64,000 nt of DNA. Source: Candidatus Multivoradales bacterium. Lineage in GTDB: Bacteria; Acidobacteriota; Thermoanaerobaculia; Multivoradales; JAHEKO01. The notes below the pieces were generated by a model. The model was not told where the DNA came from, did not search any database, and saw only the letters and a list, made by a program, of their open reading frames with translations. The translations under genes and the position numbers were made by a program. How positions within the stretch are numbered: position 1 is the first letter of the stretch; every line of letters starts with the position of its first letter. The stretch covers positions 3,281,973-3,345,972 of the forward strand of contig CBDFIJ010000004.1 of NCBI GenBank assembly GCA_965248055.1, written 5' to 3'. Positions 37,831 through 47,334 of this stretch are shown here, one piece after another.

Positions 37831-39108
37831 CTACAGGTCGGTGTAGAGCGCTCGCACCTCGGTGTCGACGTCTGATTCACCTTCGCTGCGGGCAATGATC
37901 GCCGCGCCGCAGGAATCGGAAAACACATTGACCGCGGTTCGATACATGTCCAAAGGTCGGTCAATCGCCAACATAGCGCCCACCATCAGTTCGACTTCCG
38001 GACCCCGCAGACCGACCGCCTCCAGAACGATGAAGATCACCACCAGACCAGCTGAAGGAATCGCCGCGGCACCGATGGACGCCAAGAGTGCAGTAAACAC
38101 CACTGTCAACTGGCCGACGAACCCCAGTTCGTAGCCCATGGCTTGGGCGATGAAGAGCACTCCGGCGCACTCGTAGAGCGCAGTCCCATCCATGTTGACG
38201 GTGGCCCCCATCGGCAGCACAAAGGAGGAAATGCGGTTCGACACACCGACCTGTTTTTCTACTGCGTTGATGGTCACCGGCAAGGTGGCACTCGACGAAC
38301 TGGTGGAGAAGGCGACCAATAATGGACTGCGCATATTGCGTACGTGAATCATCGGCTTGATCCGGCCCCAGAACTTGAGCAGCAAGGGCAAGCTGATGAA
38401 TAGATGAAAGGTCAAAGCGATGGCGATGGTCAGCATGTACAGCCCGAGCGCACGAAAGGATTCGAATCCGGTGCGCGCGACCACTGATGTCACCATGGCA
38501 AAGACGCCAATCGGCAATAGGGCGATGATCCCCTGAGTCAAACGCATCATCGCCGCGAACGCCGCGTCAAAGAAACCGGTCATCCGAGATCGATGTGGCT
38601 CCGCCAACCCGGCGATCGCGGCGCCGAGCAGGATGCTGAAAAAGATCACCGCCAAGATATTGGGCTGCGAGGCGGCAGCAAAGATATTGCGCGGCACGAT
38701 GTCGAGCAGGACCTCGCTGGCAGAACTTGGGGTAGAGAGCTCCGGCAGTTCTTGGCGCACCGCACCGACGATATTGGCGCCGACTCCGGGTTTGATGATG
38801 TTGACCACCACTAGGCCCGCTGAGATCGCCATCAGACTACTGACGACGTAGTACCCCATGGTCTTGGAAAACAGTCGACCCAGAGCTCGTCCACTGCCCA
38901 CTGAGGCAACTCCGGAAGTGATCGAGGTGAAAATCAACGGCACGATCACCATGCGCAGTAAGCGCATAAAAATCTCGCGGATCCAGTCGATGCGCGAAGC
39001 CAAGGGCTCGCCGAATAGCAACCCGGCAACAATCCCGAGAACCATGGCAACTGCTACTTGCCAGTAGAGTCGGCGGTACCAAGGACCTGAGGTAAGTACT
39101 TCTGACAT
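37831..39108 (-). CDS. Dicarboxylate/amino acid:cation symporter
   Basis: AFSTSSSSATLP, GATVNMDGTA and DMYRTAVNV. Confidence 0.94.
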   Translation of the reverse strand: MSEVLTSGPWYRRLYWQVAVAMVLGIVAGLLFGEPLASRIDWIREIFMRLLRMVIVPLIFTSITSGVASVGSGRALGRLFSKTMGYYVVSSLMAISAGLVVVNIIKPGVGANIVGAVRQELPELSTPSSASEVLLDIVPRNIFAAASQPNILAVIFFSILLGAAIAGLAEPHRSRMTGFFDAAFAAMMRLTQGIIALLPIGVFAMVTSVVARTGFESFRALGLYMLTIAIALTFHLFISLPLLLKFWGRIKPMIHVRNMRSPLLVAFSTSSSSATLPVTINAVEKQVGVSNRISSFVLPMGATVNMDGTALYECAGVLFIAQAMGYELGFVGQLTVVFTALLASIGAAAIPSAGLVVIFIVLEAVGLRGPEVELMVGAMLAIDRPLDMYRTAVNVFSDSCGAAIIARSEGESDVDTEVRALYTDL

Positions 39109-39301
39109 CCGCCGAGACTAGGGGAGAGGGACCGGATCTTGCAAATGGAAGCGATCGTGGAGTGGTGAGAGCCGACCCAGCCGGTTTAGTTGGGACAATA
39201 ACTTCTTTGGCCTGTGCTCAGCCGCGAACCGCCTTCAGGAGAACAAGATTGTGACCATGCGACGCCCGAATCGACCGTGCTACGCTGCCTTTGTGGCAGC
39301 C

Positions 39302-41215
39302 ATGAATCAGTTGAGGTTCGCTTTCTTGAGTGCGATTTTGACGCTCAGCTTGTTCGGGGTTGAGTCTGCTCTGGGGCAGCCATCCGTCTCAGCCGCGACC
39401 GGGGATCCTTTTGAACTATTTGCACTTGCCCGCGAAGTTTCCGCGACCGGCGAGCTACAAGAGGCCAACGCACTGTGGCTGCAAGGGTTGGAATTGTTTC
39501 CCTCCGAACCCTATGCACGCCTCGAATACGCGGAACAATTGCGCCGCTGGAGGCGTATCGAGGAGGCCGCGGAGCAATACCAAGTGGCCTCTGAATTGGC
39601 TCCCGAGAACCCAGACATTCTGTGGGCAGCGGGGTTGTTCTTTCGCCGACACACAGACTCCACCGCCAACGCTCTGGACCGAAGTGAGGCATTGTTGAGT
39701 CGACTGCTGGAGATCAATCCTGACGATCATCGAGCGTGGGTGGAGCTTGGAGTGGTGTACCTGAGTCGTCGCCAGTATGCACCGGCGGCTGACTCCTTTC
39801 GCCAAGCGCGGGAAATAGCACCGTTTAACTTGGCGGCCTCGGGCTACCTAGCCGAAGCCTTGATGCGCTCGGAAAATCCTGGAGAGGCCGAAGAGGTTCT
39901 CCGCGACCTACTCGAAAAGGATCCTTTTCAGCTTCGCGCTCGGATCGCCTTGACCAAGATGTTTTCGGATCGTGGGGAGGTATTCGAGGCGGTGGAATTG
40001 TTGCGCCAAGCTCCGGTCGAGCAGGCCAATGACCCGGGTCTAAGTCGCCGACTAGCGATTCTACTGGTCGAGGCCGATCAGCATGAGAAAGCCCGGAGTC
40101 TACTGTCGTCGTTGTTAGCGACCTCGCCCGGTGATCAAGAACTGCGGCGGCTGGCGGTGCGATTGGAGTCCGCGGTGGGGCGTTACGATCAAGCCGCAGA
40201 CCTATTGCGAAGCTATGTCGCCACTTCTCCCGAGGACTTGCCTGCGACATTGGAGCTCGCCGAATATCTGCAGATCTTGGGCCTGCACGAAGAGGCCACC
40301 GAAGTTCTGGGTCGCAGCCGCGATGCCCTTGCCGATGGAACCGAGGGACGTCGCCGAGCGACCCTGCTGAGGCTCGATCTGCTGGGTCGGTCCGGGCAGT
40401 GGAGCACAGTGGTCGAAGAGACAGCTCCGTTGGTCGAAAACCCCCAGGGGCCCGACTGGACGGTGTTTCCGTTGTACGCCGAGGCGCTGTTTCATACCAA
40501 AGGACTCAAAGCCTCGCGGCGTGCGTTGAATCGCCTTGCCGAGGCTGACTCCGACGTCGAACCCGCGGTACGGGCCAAAGAGGGTGAGTTGCTGCTGCTG
40601 GCGGGGGAAGAGGACCAGGCCCGCCAGGTGCTGGCCGAACTGGCGGCTCGAGAAGGAGTGCTCGGTCCCTCTTTGGTGGCTAGGGTGTGGTCGATTCGCG
40701 ATCGACCGGAAGAAGCGGTTGAGTTCGCTGCCGAGGCGGTTCGCCGTGCTCCGGACAGACTTGAGACCCGCTACCAATGGGCGGTGGCGTTGGACACAGC
40801 CGATCGCTGGCTGGAGGCGGAGCGCGAGTTATTGACGATTCTGAAACAGGAGCCGGTCCACGGCCCGGCACTTAACTTTCTCGGCTACTCCTGGGCCGAG
40901 CAGGGCATCAACCTGGAGCAAGCCCTGGAGTTGACCCTTCGCGCTGTCGAGACCAGCCCGGACAACGGCGCGTACCTTGATTCCTTGGGCTGGGCGTACT
41001 TTGGCTTGCAGCGCTTTCAAGAGGCTCGGCCTTATTTGGAAAAAGCGGCGGCGTTGATCCCCAATGACGCTGTGATCTTGGAACACTTGGGCGATCTATA
41101 CCGGGCGATTGGTGAGAACGAGAAAGCCCGCACCTTCTATCAATGGGCGGTCAAAACTGGCGATGGGGGAGATGAATTGACCGGCAAGCTTGGGAACCTT
41201 CCGGAGGATGGCTAG
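39302..41215 (+). CDS. Periplasmic tetratricopeptide-repeat protein
   Basis: Signal peptide, multiple TPRs and ALNFLGYS.A...YLDSLGW.Y...EHLGD. Confidence 0.9.
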   Translation: MNQLRFAFLSAILTLSLFGVESALGQPSVSAATGDPFELFALAREVSATGELQEANALWLQGLELFPSEPYARLEYAEQLRRWRRIEEAAEQYQVASELAPENPDILWAAGLFFRRHTDSTANALDRSEALLSRLLEINPDDHRAWVELGVVYLSRRQYAPAADSFRQAREIAPFNLAASGYLAEALMRSENPGEAEEVLRDLLEKDPFQLRARIALTKMFSDRGEVFEAVELLRQAPVEQANDPGLSRRLAILLVEADQHEKARSLLSSLLATSPGDQELRRLAVRLESAVGRYDQAADLLRSYVATSPEDLPATLELAEYLQILGLHEEATEVLGRSRDALADGTEGRRRATLLRLDLLGRSGQWSTVVEETAPLVENPQGPDWTVFPLYAEALFHTKGLKASRRALNRLAEADSDVEPAVRAKEGELLLLAGEEDQARQVLAELAAREGVLGPSLVARVWSIRDRPEEAVEFAAEAVRRAPDRLETRYQWAVALDTADRWLEAERELLTILKQEPVHGPALNFLGYSWAEQGINLEQALELTLRAVETSPDNGAYLDSLGWAYFGLQRFQEARPYLEKAAALIPNDAVILEHLGDLYRAIGENEKARTFYQWAVKTGDGGDELTGKLGNLPEDG

Positions 41216-41825
41216 GGTTCGCCGTCTCCGGTCGCTGGCACTGGGTCAGCGAGTGCTTCGCAGTGCGGCCTGGACCCTGCTGGTGCTATCTCTGGCCGCC
41301 TGTGCTCACCGACAATCGATAGAGCCGGTGCTCGGGGCCACCCACACCTTGGCGGAGCCCAAAGCTCCGATCCGCTGTCTGTTTCAAGTGGAGTTTCAGC
41401 AGCAACAAAAAAGTGGACGTTTTCGCATGGTTCTCTGGGAAGACGCGGTTGGTTTTCGAGTTGTTGCTTCCGACCCCATCGGTCGCGGTCTTTGGATCTA
41501 CGATCAATCGACTGATCGCGGCGTGTGGATCGACAAAAAGGGCAAGTCTCGTTGCGACCTTGACGGCAGCGCGGCGATTCAGGTCGAGGACTTTGGGGCG
41601 GTTGAAATCAGCGCCATTCCGGACTTGTTGCTCGGCCGCCCAGCCTCAGTGCCGGAAGGGATGGTGGTTGAGATCGGTGAGCAGGAATCCTGGCTTCAGC
41701 GATCCGGGGTTCGCATTGGCTGGCGTCGCAGCCACTGTGAGCAATCTGAGGAGGTACGCCCGAGCCTAGACCGCTACCGGGATTGGCCGCAGGTTTGCGC
41801 ACACCGAGCGGGAATTGGAAAATAG
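41208..41825 (+). CDS. Lipoprotein (in a LolB-like genomic position)
   Basis: LSLAAC lipobox; overlaps the end of the TPR gene. Confidence 0.6.
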   Translation: MARVRRLRSLALGQRVLRSAAWTLLVLSLAACAHRQSIEPVLGATHTLAEPKAPIRCLFQVEFQQQQKSGRFRMVLWEDAVGFRVVASDPIGRGLWIYDQSTDRGVWIDKKGKSRCDLDGSAAIQVEDFGAVEISAIPDLLLGRPASVPEGMVVEIGEQESWLQRSGVRIGWRRSHCEQSEEVRPSLDRYRDWPQVCAHRAGIGK

Positions 41826-41919
41826 CCGTCGATGGTCTGGGGCTGGTAGCATCCCGCAGCTTGTCAGGGAGCGCTCGGTGGCGCACCCTTAGAGACGACC
41901 GAAACCAAGGAGGGTTGAG

Positions 41920-42552
41920 ATGCAAATTACCGATGTACGGGTATTTCCTGTGCGCGACGAAAAGCTCAGAGCTTTCGTGTCGGTGGTCTTCGAAGGCTGC
42001 TTCATGGTCAATGACATCAAGGTGATCAACGGTCGCGATGGCTACTTCATCAGCATGCCCAGCCGGCGCAAGAAAAACGGCGACTTCAAAGACATTGCCC
42101 ATCCGCTCAACTCCGAAACGCGGAGAATGCTGGAAGAGCGAATTCTGGATGAATACGAGCAAGTGGTCGCCCTGGATCAGCCTGCGGTGCGTCGCTACGA
42201 AGAGCAGTCGCCTAGCGGCAACAATCGACCACCAGCTCGGAAATTCCCCGCTCCAAGCCAAGCTCCAGCCCCAGATCGAACTACAGTTCCGGCACCGGTT
42301 TCAGCAGCGGCAACAGAGATTCAAGCTGCCACCGAGAGGCCTATGCCTACCCCAGAGAGCACAGTAGAATCGTCGCAGCCCCAACCTCAGGCAACGTCTG
42401 GCAATGCCGATGCGGTTGAGGCAGTAGAGGATCGTGACGAGGACCACGACCTTGGTCCGGGTGGAGGAGATTTCGACAGCAGTAGCCAGTCCGAACCTAA
42501 GGATCTCGACGAAGTGGTAGAAAACCACCTGTCCGATTCTTTTTGGTCCTAG
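41920..42552 (+). CDS. spoVG: SpoVG-family nucleic-acid-binding protein with a long low-complexity tail
   Basis: MQITDVRV...KLRAF.S...F.SMPSRR...FKDIAHP. Confidence 0.92.
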   Translation: MQITDVRVFPVRDEKLRAFVSVVFEGCFMVNDIKVINGRDGYFISMPSRRKKNGDFKDIAHPLNSETRRMLEERILDEYEQVVALDQPAVRRYEEQSPSGNNRPPARKFPAPSQAPAPDRTTVPAPVSAAATEIQAATERPMPTPESTVESSQPQPQATSGNADAVEAVEDRDEDHDLGPGGGDFDSSSQSEPKDLDEVVENHLSDSFWS

Positions 42553-42585
42553 TTGATCCAGTTCAGGCGTTTTCAGCAACGATAT

Positions 42586-42661
42586 TGGGGCGTGGCCAAG
42601 TGGTTAAGGCACCGGACTTTGAATCCGGCATTCGCAGGTTCGAACCCTGCCGCCCCAGCCA
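42586..42661 (+). tRNA. tRNA-Gln (TTG)
   Basis: Acceptor TGGGGCG/CGCCCCA, anticodon arm CCGGA-CTTTGAA-TCCGG, T-loop GGTTCGAAC and encoded CCA. Confidence 0.97.
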
Positions 42662-42889
42662 ACCTTTCTGGTTGTAAAACAACAACTTAACGAAAGTCAC
42701 TCAAGCTAGAACAGGCAGTCCATCTGGGCTCTATCCGCAATCAATCTTCGATGTTTCTTTCTTGAGTTCCGACTTATCACGCCGAGGGCTCAGGCCTCAG
42801 TTCTCTAGAGTTCGACGCTAAACCCGGCTCGCTACGCCTTCGTATCAGCGGGAGCAGCCCGACTACACCGATCAACCGACGGAGAAACG

Positions 42890-43432
42890 ATGACAGATCT
42901 CATTCAAGCCAGCCAGCCCATCGACACCAGCTTGTTCGTTAACGGCGAGACAACAACGCACTTCACGGTCGAAGCAGTCATCAACGCTCCGGTGGAGTTG
43001 GTCTACCGCGCCTGGACAGACGGAGACGCTTTCAAAGCCGCCTATGGTCCCGAACGCGAGGAACTCCGTGCCGACATCGACCTCACCATCGGTGGTCGTT
43101 ACGAGTGGCTGTGGGATGGCGTCATCGGCAGCAACGGCTGTCAGGTTTTGAGTTTCATCCCCGGTCGCATGGTCAGCTTCAGCTGGAACGCTCCACCGAC
43201 CGAGCCCGAAAGTCGTACCCTACGCACTTGGGTCGTCGTCGAATTCTCACCCACCGAAGACAGGCCCATCGGAGACAGTGCCACCGAAGACGGCGGCACC
43301 CACATTCGCCTCACCCACCTTGGCATCGGCGAAGCAGAACACTGGCAAGAAACCCGTGCCTACTTCCAAGACATGGCCTGGCCCCATGTTTTGCAACAAT
43401 TTCGCCAGAACCTGGCGAGTGAGAGCGACTAA
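42890..43432 (+). CDS. SRPBCC/AHSA1-like domain protein
   Basis: INAPVELVYRAWTD...DL.IGGRY...SFSW...T.V.VEF...T.I.LTH. Confidence 0.85.
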   Translation: MTDLIQASQPIDTSLFVNGETTTHFTVEAVINAPVELVYRAWTDGDAFKAAYGPEREELRADIDLTIGGRYEWLWDGVIGSNGCQVLSFIPGRMVSFSWNAPPTEPESRTLRTWVVVEFSPTEDRPIGDSATEDGGTHIRLTHLGIGEAEHWQETRAYFQDMAWPHVLQQFRQNLASESD

Positions 43433-43729
43433 TTACTTCTATTGGGAAAAAGCGTGCGTGGCACGACACAAGTCCCGTTGAACTGGCGCCGCGCCACTCA
43501 GCGAAAGGAGCGGGAGTACGTCTATGACTCGTACTCCCGCGAGCGCGTTCGTGTCGTTAGTCCAGCCGAACAAATAGTTCCTGAGCAAGAAACAAACCGC
43601 ACTCCCTAGTAACAACGGTAAACAGAGGCCAAGTCTGCCACCCGGGGGTTGGGAGCAGATCACACTGCTCGTCCTTACGGATAGCTTCGCTGCTATCCCC
43701 GCCAACAGTAAGCCCACTATTTGGCTGGA

Positions 43730-44078
43730 CGGAACCTGCCAACGATAATGAGACACACGTCATCTTTAATTAGTGAGCATCGCCAAGCGATGATCGATCC
43801 CGATCTGGTGGGTTGATCCAGACAGCGTCGGGTAATGGTTTTGGCTTCGGGCAGCCGCGTACGAAGCGCTCGGGTTTATTGAGAAAAACATCAGCCAGAA
43901 CACTGGTTCTGTGGTCGAGGACAACTGCGCCGTCTCCCCTCCGGCTCCCTCGTCGCTACGCTCCTCGGTCGCCTTCGGCGAGACGGGCAATATGGGCTGA
44001 TTCTGAAACATACTGAAACCTCCTTCCGCCCTCTAATTATCAGGGGGCCAAGTGTCTCAGCTACGTTGGCAGATAGGG
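43730..44078 (-). mobile_element. 349-bp non-autonomous IS3-derived element
   Basis: 43730-43922 matches the reverse complement of 9300-9492; 43923-44078 is a diverged left end with IR and start of orfA. Confidence 0.9.
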
Positions 44079-44248
44079 ACCGAAACTCAAGTAGCGTGTA
44101 CCCTCCCATGCTTGTCGCCCACCCATGGCTTCCAGAACTTGTTCAGCGACCGCAAGCGCTCGTGGGTTGGTTTGGGCTTGGGTTGCGAACGGAACGGGCA
44201 AACAAAGACGAGAAGAAGACAACTTAGGCGAAGGTTGTTGATGGTCAT
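44079..44248 (-). pseudogene. 5' fragment of a secreted hypothetical protein cut by the miniature element
   Basis: Signal-like start, then ALAVAEQVLEAMGGRQAWEGTRYLSF ending at the element boundary. Confidence 0.55.
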
Positions 44249-44281
44249 GGTGTCACTTAGGTCGGTTGATCGCGGTGAGAC

Positions 44282-44734
44282 TCAACGGGGTGCGTTCAGT
44301 TTCAACAAAATATCGGCGAACGCTCGTTGTTCCCAGGGTGCGAGTTGATTCAGGAAGTGACTCTTCAGTGCCTTGCGGTAGCGGGGCAGTGTTTTCTTAA
44401 GAATGGCTCGGCCTGACTGGGTAATCGAGACAAATGCGCCACGACCGTCGTCACGGCAATCATCCCGTTGTACTAGCTCGGCGGCAGCCATCCGATCGAT
44501 TAATCTTGTCAGTCCGCTCTTAGACAACATTACTAAGTCAGCGAGGTCCGTGGGCCGCAGTTTGCCGCCTGCCTGTTTGAGCTGATGGAGCACATCGAAC
44601 CAAACGTGGGGCAGTTCGCAGTCGCTGAGGTCCGATTCAACCGAGCCGAGGATGCGCCCCCGGGTGTTGAGAAACAACATCCACAAACTGAGCGGATCTT
44701 GGGCGGGAAGGTCACCGGTTTGATTCTTGGGCAT
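44282..44734 (-). CDS. MarR-family transcriptional regulator
   Basis: LADLVMLSKSGLTRLIDRM...DDGRG...IT..G. Confidence 0.92.
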   Translation of the reverse strand: MPKNQTGDLPAQDPLSLWMLFLNTRGRILGSVESDLSDCELPHVWFDVLHQLKQAGGKLRPTDLADLVMLSKSGLTRLIDRMAAAELVQRDDCRDDGRGAFVSITQSGRAILKKTLPRYRKALKSHFLNQLAPWEQRAFADILLKLNAPR

Positions 44735-44791
44735 GGTGTTCTCGGTATTCTTCGAAGTGGGAATATTTGGCTTTCTTGCTGGGTTTCGATT

Positions 44792-44805
44792 GTTGCATGC
44801 GCAAC
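44792..44805. promoter_or_regulatory. Palindromic candidate MarR operator
   Basis: GTTGC-atgc-GCAAC between the divergent marR-like and pirin genes. Confidence 0.5.
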
Positions 44806-44900
44806 GACATTGAGCAAGGCCATGCAGCACAACAGCGCAACCATCGGTCAGAACAATCATCGACTGGCGTTGCACGCAGAAACAACGGAGACGGTCCATC

Positions 44901-45731
44901 ATGAATAGCCAACAACCGAGCACCCAACCAAGAACCCAATCAAGGAGTCGGCCGAGCCAATCAGCGATTCGCCACCTGCCGGTCAGTCAGCAAGTGATGG
45001 GTGCTTTTGATGGCGGTCGGATCACAGAAAATAAACCAATCGGTTTTCCTCAAGAGTTTCCCAAAATCAAGGCAATCGGACCGCTGCTTTACTGGGCCTG
45101 GGCCAAGTCTCGTGAAGGCGGGATGATCGGCCTCCACCCTCATCGGGGATTCGAGATCATGAGCTATTGCTTGGCGGGCAGCATGGTGCATCGTGACTCG
45201 ACGGGGAACCAGAGCACGGTTTCGGAGGGCGGAATTCAAGTGATGCAGACCGGTTCTGGGGTCTCTCACGAAGAGGGTCTTTCGGAGAATGGGGAGTTCT
45301 TTCAGATTTGGTTTCATCCTGACCTAGAGCAAACCCTGCGGGAGCCTGCGCAGTACCATGAATTTTCTGATGCCGATTTCTCGGTGGATGATTTGGGTGG
45401 GGGAGTGGAGATCAAGAGAGTACTCGGCCCGCAAGGAGTCATGCAGTTGAAGGCCGACGCGGTGGTCGAAGAGGTGCGCCTGAGTGCTGGTTCCCAGTGG
45501 ACACCGGACCGGCCGGCCGGATGGGCGGTGGCTGCGGTCGCGATCAGTGGCTCAGCGACTTGGACCAGTTCCGATTGGGCCGGTATCGAGGAGCAGGTTA
45601 CCGTTGAGCCCGGAGACCTGAGTGTGGTCGAGCCGGATGGCGCTGCAGTGACCCTAGTCGCGGGCAATGAAGACACGCGGATCTTGGCTATTCAAGTGCC
45701 CCGTGAGGTGGGTTATCGGCTCCATGGTTGA
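44901..45731 (+). CDS. Pirin-family protein
   Basis: HPHRGFE...HRDSTGN...Q.MQTGSGVSHEE...QIW. Confidence 0.92.
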   Translation: MNSQQPSTQPRTQSRSRPSQSAIRHLPVSQQVMGAFDGGRITENKPIGFPQEFPKIKAIGPLLYWAWAKSREGGMIGLHPHRGFEIMSYCLAGSMVHRDSTGNQSTVSEGGIQVMQTGSGVSHEEGLSENGEFFQIWFHPDLEQTLREPAQYHEFSDADFSVDDLGGGVEIKRVLGPQGVMQLKADAVVEEVRLSAGSQWTPDRPAGWAVAAVAISGSATWTSSDWAGIEEQVTVEPGDLSVVEPDGAAVTLVAGNEDTRILAIQVPREVGYRLHG

Positions 45732-45757
45732 GTCAAAAGGAGCTAAGGAGAACCGGT

Positions 45758-46102
45758 ATGAGTGAGACGGATGTGAGGTCGGATGCCACGAGAGCAGGAA
45801 GCGGTGGCGATCGGTTGGAGACTACACACCACGAGGCAGACAACTACGGCCACTACCAACTCTTGGCTGACGCCACGCGGATCGGTGAGATGACCTATCT
45901 GCGTACCGCTCAGGACCGAATCTTGGTGAACCACACATTTGTCGACCCCTCTCGTCGGGGACAAGGCTTGGCGCGTCGCTTGGTGGATCGTGTGGTGGCG
46001 GACATGCGTGAAACGGAAGGCAAGATTTCGCCGTCTTGTGTTTATCTGAGACGGGTGTTTGAAAACGATCCGGAAGAGTTCGCCGATGTCTGGGATCGCT
46101 AG
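45758..46102 (+). CDS. Small GNAT-family (YjdJ-like) acetyltransferase
   Basis: HTFVDPSRRGQGLA...PSCVY. Confidence 0.85.
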   Translation: MSETDVRSDATRAGSGGDRLETTHHEADNYGHYQLLADATRIGEMTYLRTAQDRILVNHTFVDPSRRGQGLARRLVDRVVADMRETEGKISPSCVYLRRVFENDPEEFADVWDR

Positions 46103-46220
46103 GGCGACGGGCCTTTGGTGAGGAGTCTTCCGGTACCGAACCACGGATCTCGGGTCAGCTAGAATTAGCATCGCGCAGGCGATTGGTAACTTTCACTATT
46201 TCCCCAACGCGGAGGGCGGT

Positions 46221-47312
46221 ATGGCATCAAAGATTTTGGATTTCCTCAGAGGCGAGCTACTGGAGATTATCGAGTGGACCGATGATTCGCGGGACACCTT
46301 GGTGTGGCGTTTCCCGGACGAAGACAAAGCGATCAAGCGCGGTGCTCAGTTGATTGTGCGTGAGTCGCAGGTGGCGCAGTTCGTCTATCTGGGCGAATTT
46401 GGCGACACCTTCGAGCCCGGTAAGCACCGGCTGGAAACCGAGAACATCCCGATCTTGACGCGCCTGAAGAGTTGGAAATACGGTCTGGAGTCGCCGTTCA
46501 AGGTAGACGTCTATTACGTCACCACCCGACTGTTTACCGCCAACAAGTGGGGTACCGCCAACCCGATCATGATGCGCGACGAAGATCTGGGCATTGTCCG
46601 GGCTCGTGCCTTTGGTACTTACGATTTCAAGGTCGTTGACCCCAAGTTGTTCTTGAAAGAAGTTTCCGGATCCGACCACACCTTCCGTTTAGAGGAATTC
46701 TCCGACACCATGCGCTCGCGCCTGGTGTCGACGTTCGCCGATGCTTTGGCCAGTTCCAACATTCCGGTGCTGGAAGCGGCGACCCGTTATACCGAATTGG
46801 GTGATGCGCTACTGCCCCTGATTAACCCGGTGATGGGTGCCAAATACGGCATTCACATAACCTCGTTCATTGTTGAGAACATTTCGGTTCCACCCGAGGT
46901 TGAAGAAGCTATTGACAAGCGCTCCGGTATGGAGGCAATTGGCAACCTCAACGACTACGTCAAATATCAGATGGGTAAAGGGATGGCGGACGGCGGTTCC
47001 GGTGGTGGCGGCGCTGGAGGTATGGCGACCGAGATGGCCGTGGGGTTTGCCATTGCCCAGCAGATGATGCGCGAGCAAGGTGGATTTCTTCCCAGTGAGA
47101 GCCCCGCCGGCCCTGGGCCGGCCAAAGCGCGACCAGTTTCGGACACCCCGGCGATCGTCGACATATTGACCCCGGCCCAGGTAGCGCAAGTCTTGGCCGT
47201 CAGTGAAGAGGATGTGATGGCGGTGATCGAGAGTGGCGATCTGGTCGCCAAGAAGATCGGCAGCGTCTATCGCGTCAAGCGTTCCGCCTTGGAAGCGTAC
47301 TTGGCAGAGTAG
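46221..47312 (+). CDS. SPFH/band-7 domain protein with C-terminal HTH
   Basis: IIEW.D...LIVRESQ.A...SPFK.DVY...KWGT.NP; C-terminal excisionase-like HTH. Confidence 0.88.
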   Translation: MASKILDFLRGELLEIIEWTDDSRDTLVWRFPDEDKAIKRGAQLIVRESQVAQFVYLGEFGDTFEPGKHRLETENIPILTRLKSWKYGLESPFKVDVYYVTTRLFTANKWGTANPIMMRDEDLGIVRARAFGTYDFKVVDPKLFLKEVSGSDHTFRLEEFSDTMRSRLVSTFADALASSNIPVLEAATRYTELGDALLPLINPVMGAKYGIHITSFIVENISVPPEVEEAIDKRSGMEAIGNLNDYVKYQMGKGMADGGSGGGGAGGMATEMAVGFAIAQQMMREQGGFLPSESPAGPGPAKARPVSDTPAIVDILTPAQVAQVLAVSEEDVMAVIESGDLVAKKIGSVYRVKRSALEAYLAE

Positions 47313-47334
47313 GCTTACGATCGCTGAGACTGGG

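Noticed and set aside
42586-44100. Intact integrative element at tRNA-Gln
   Set aside because: No integrase and no duplicated tRNA 3' end were seen in the window
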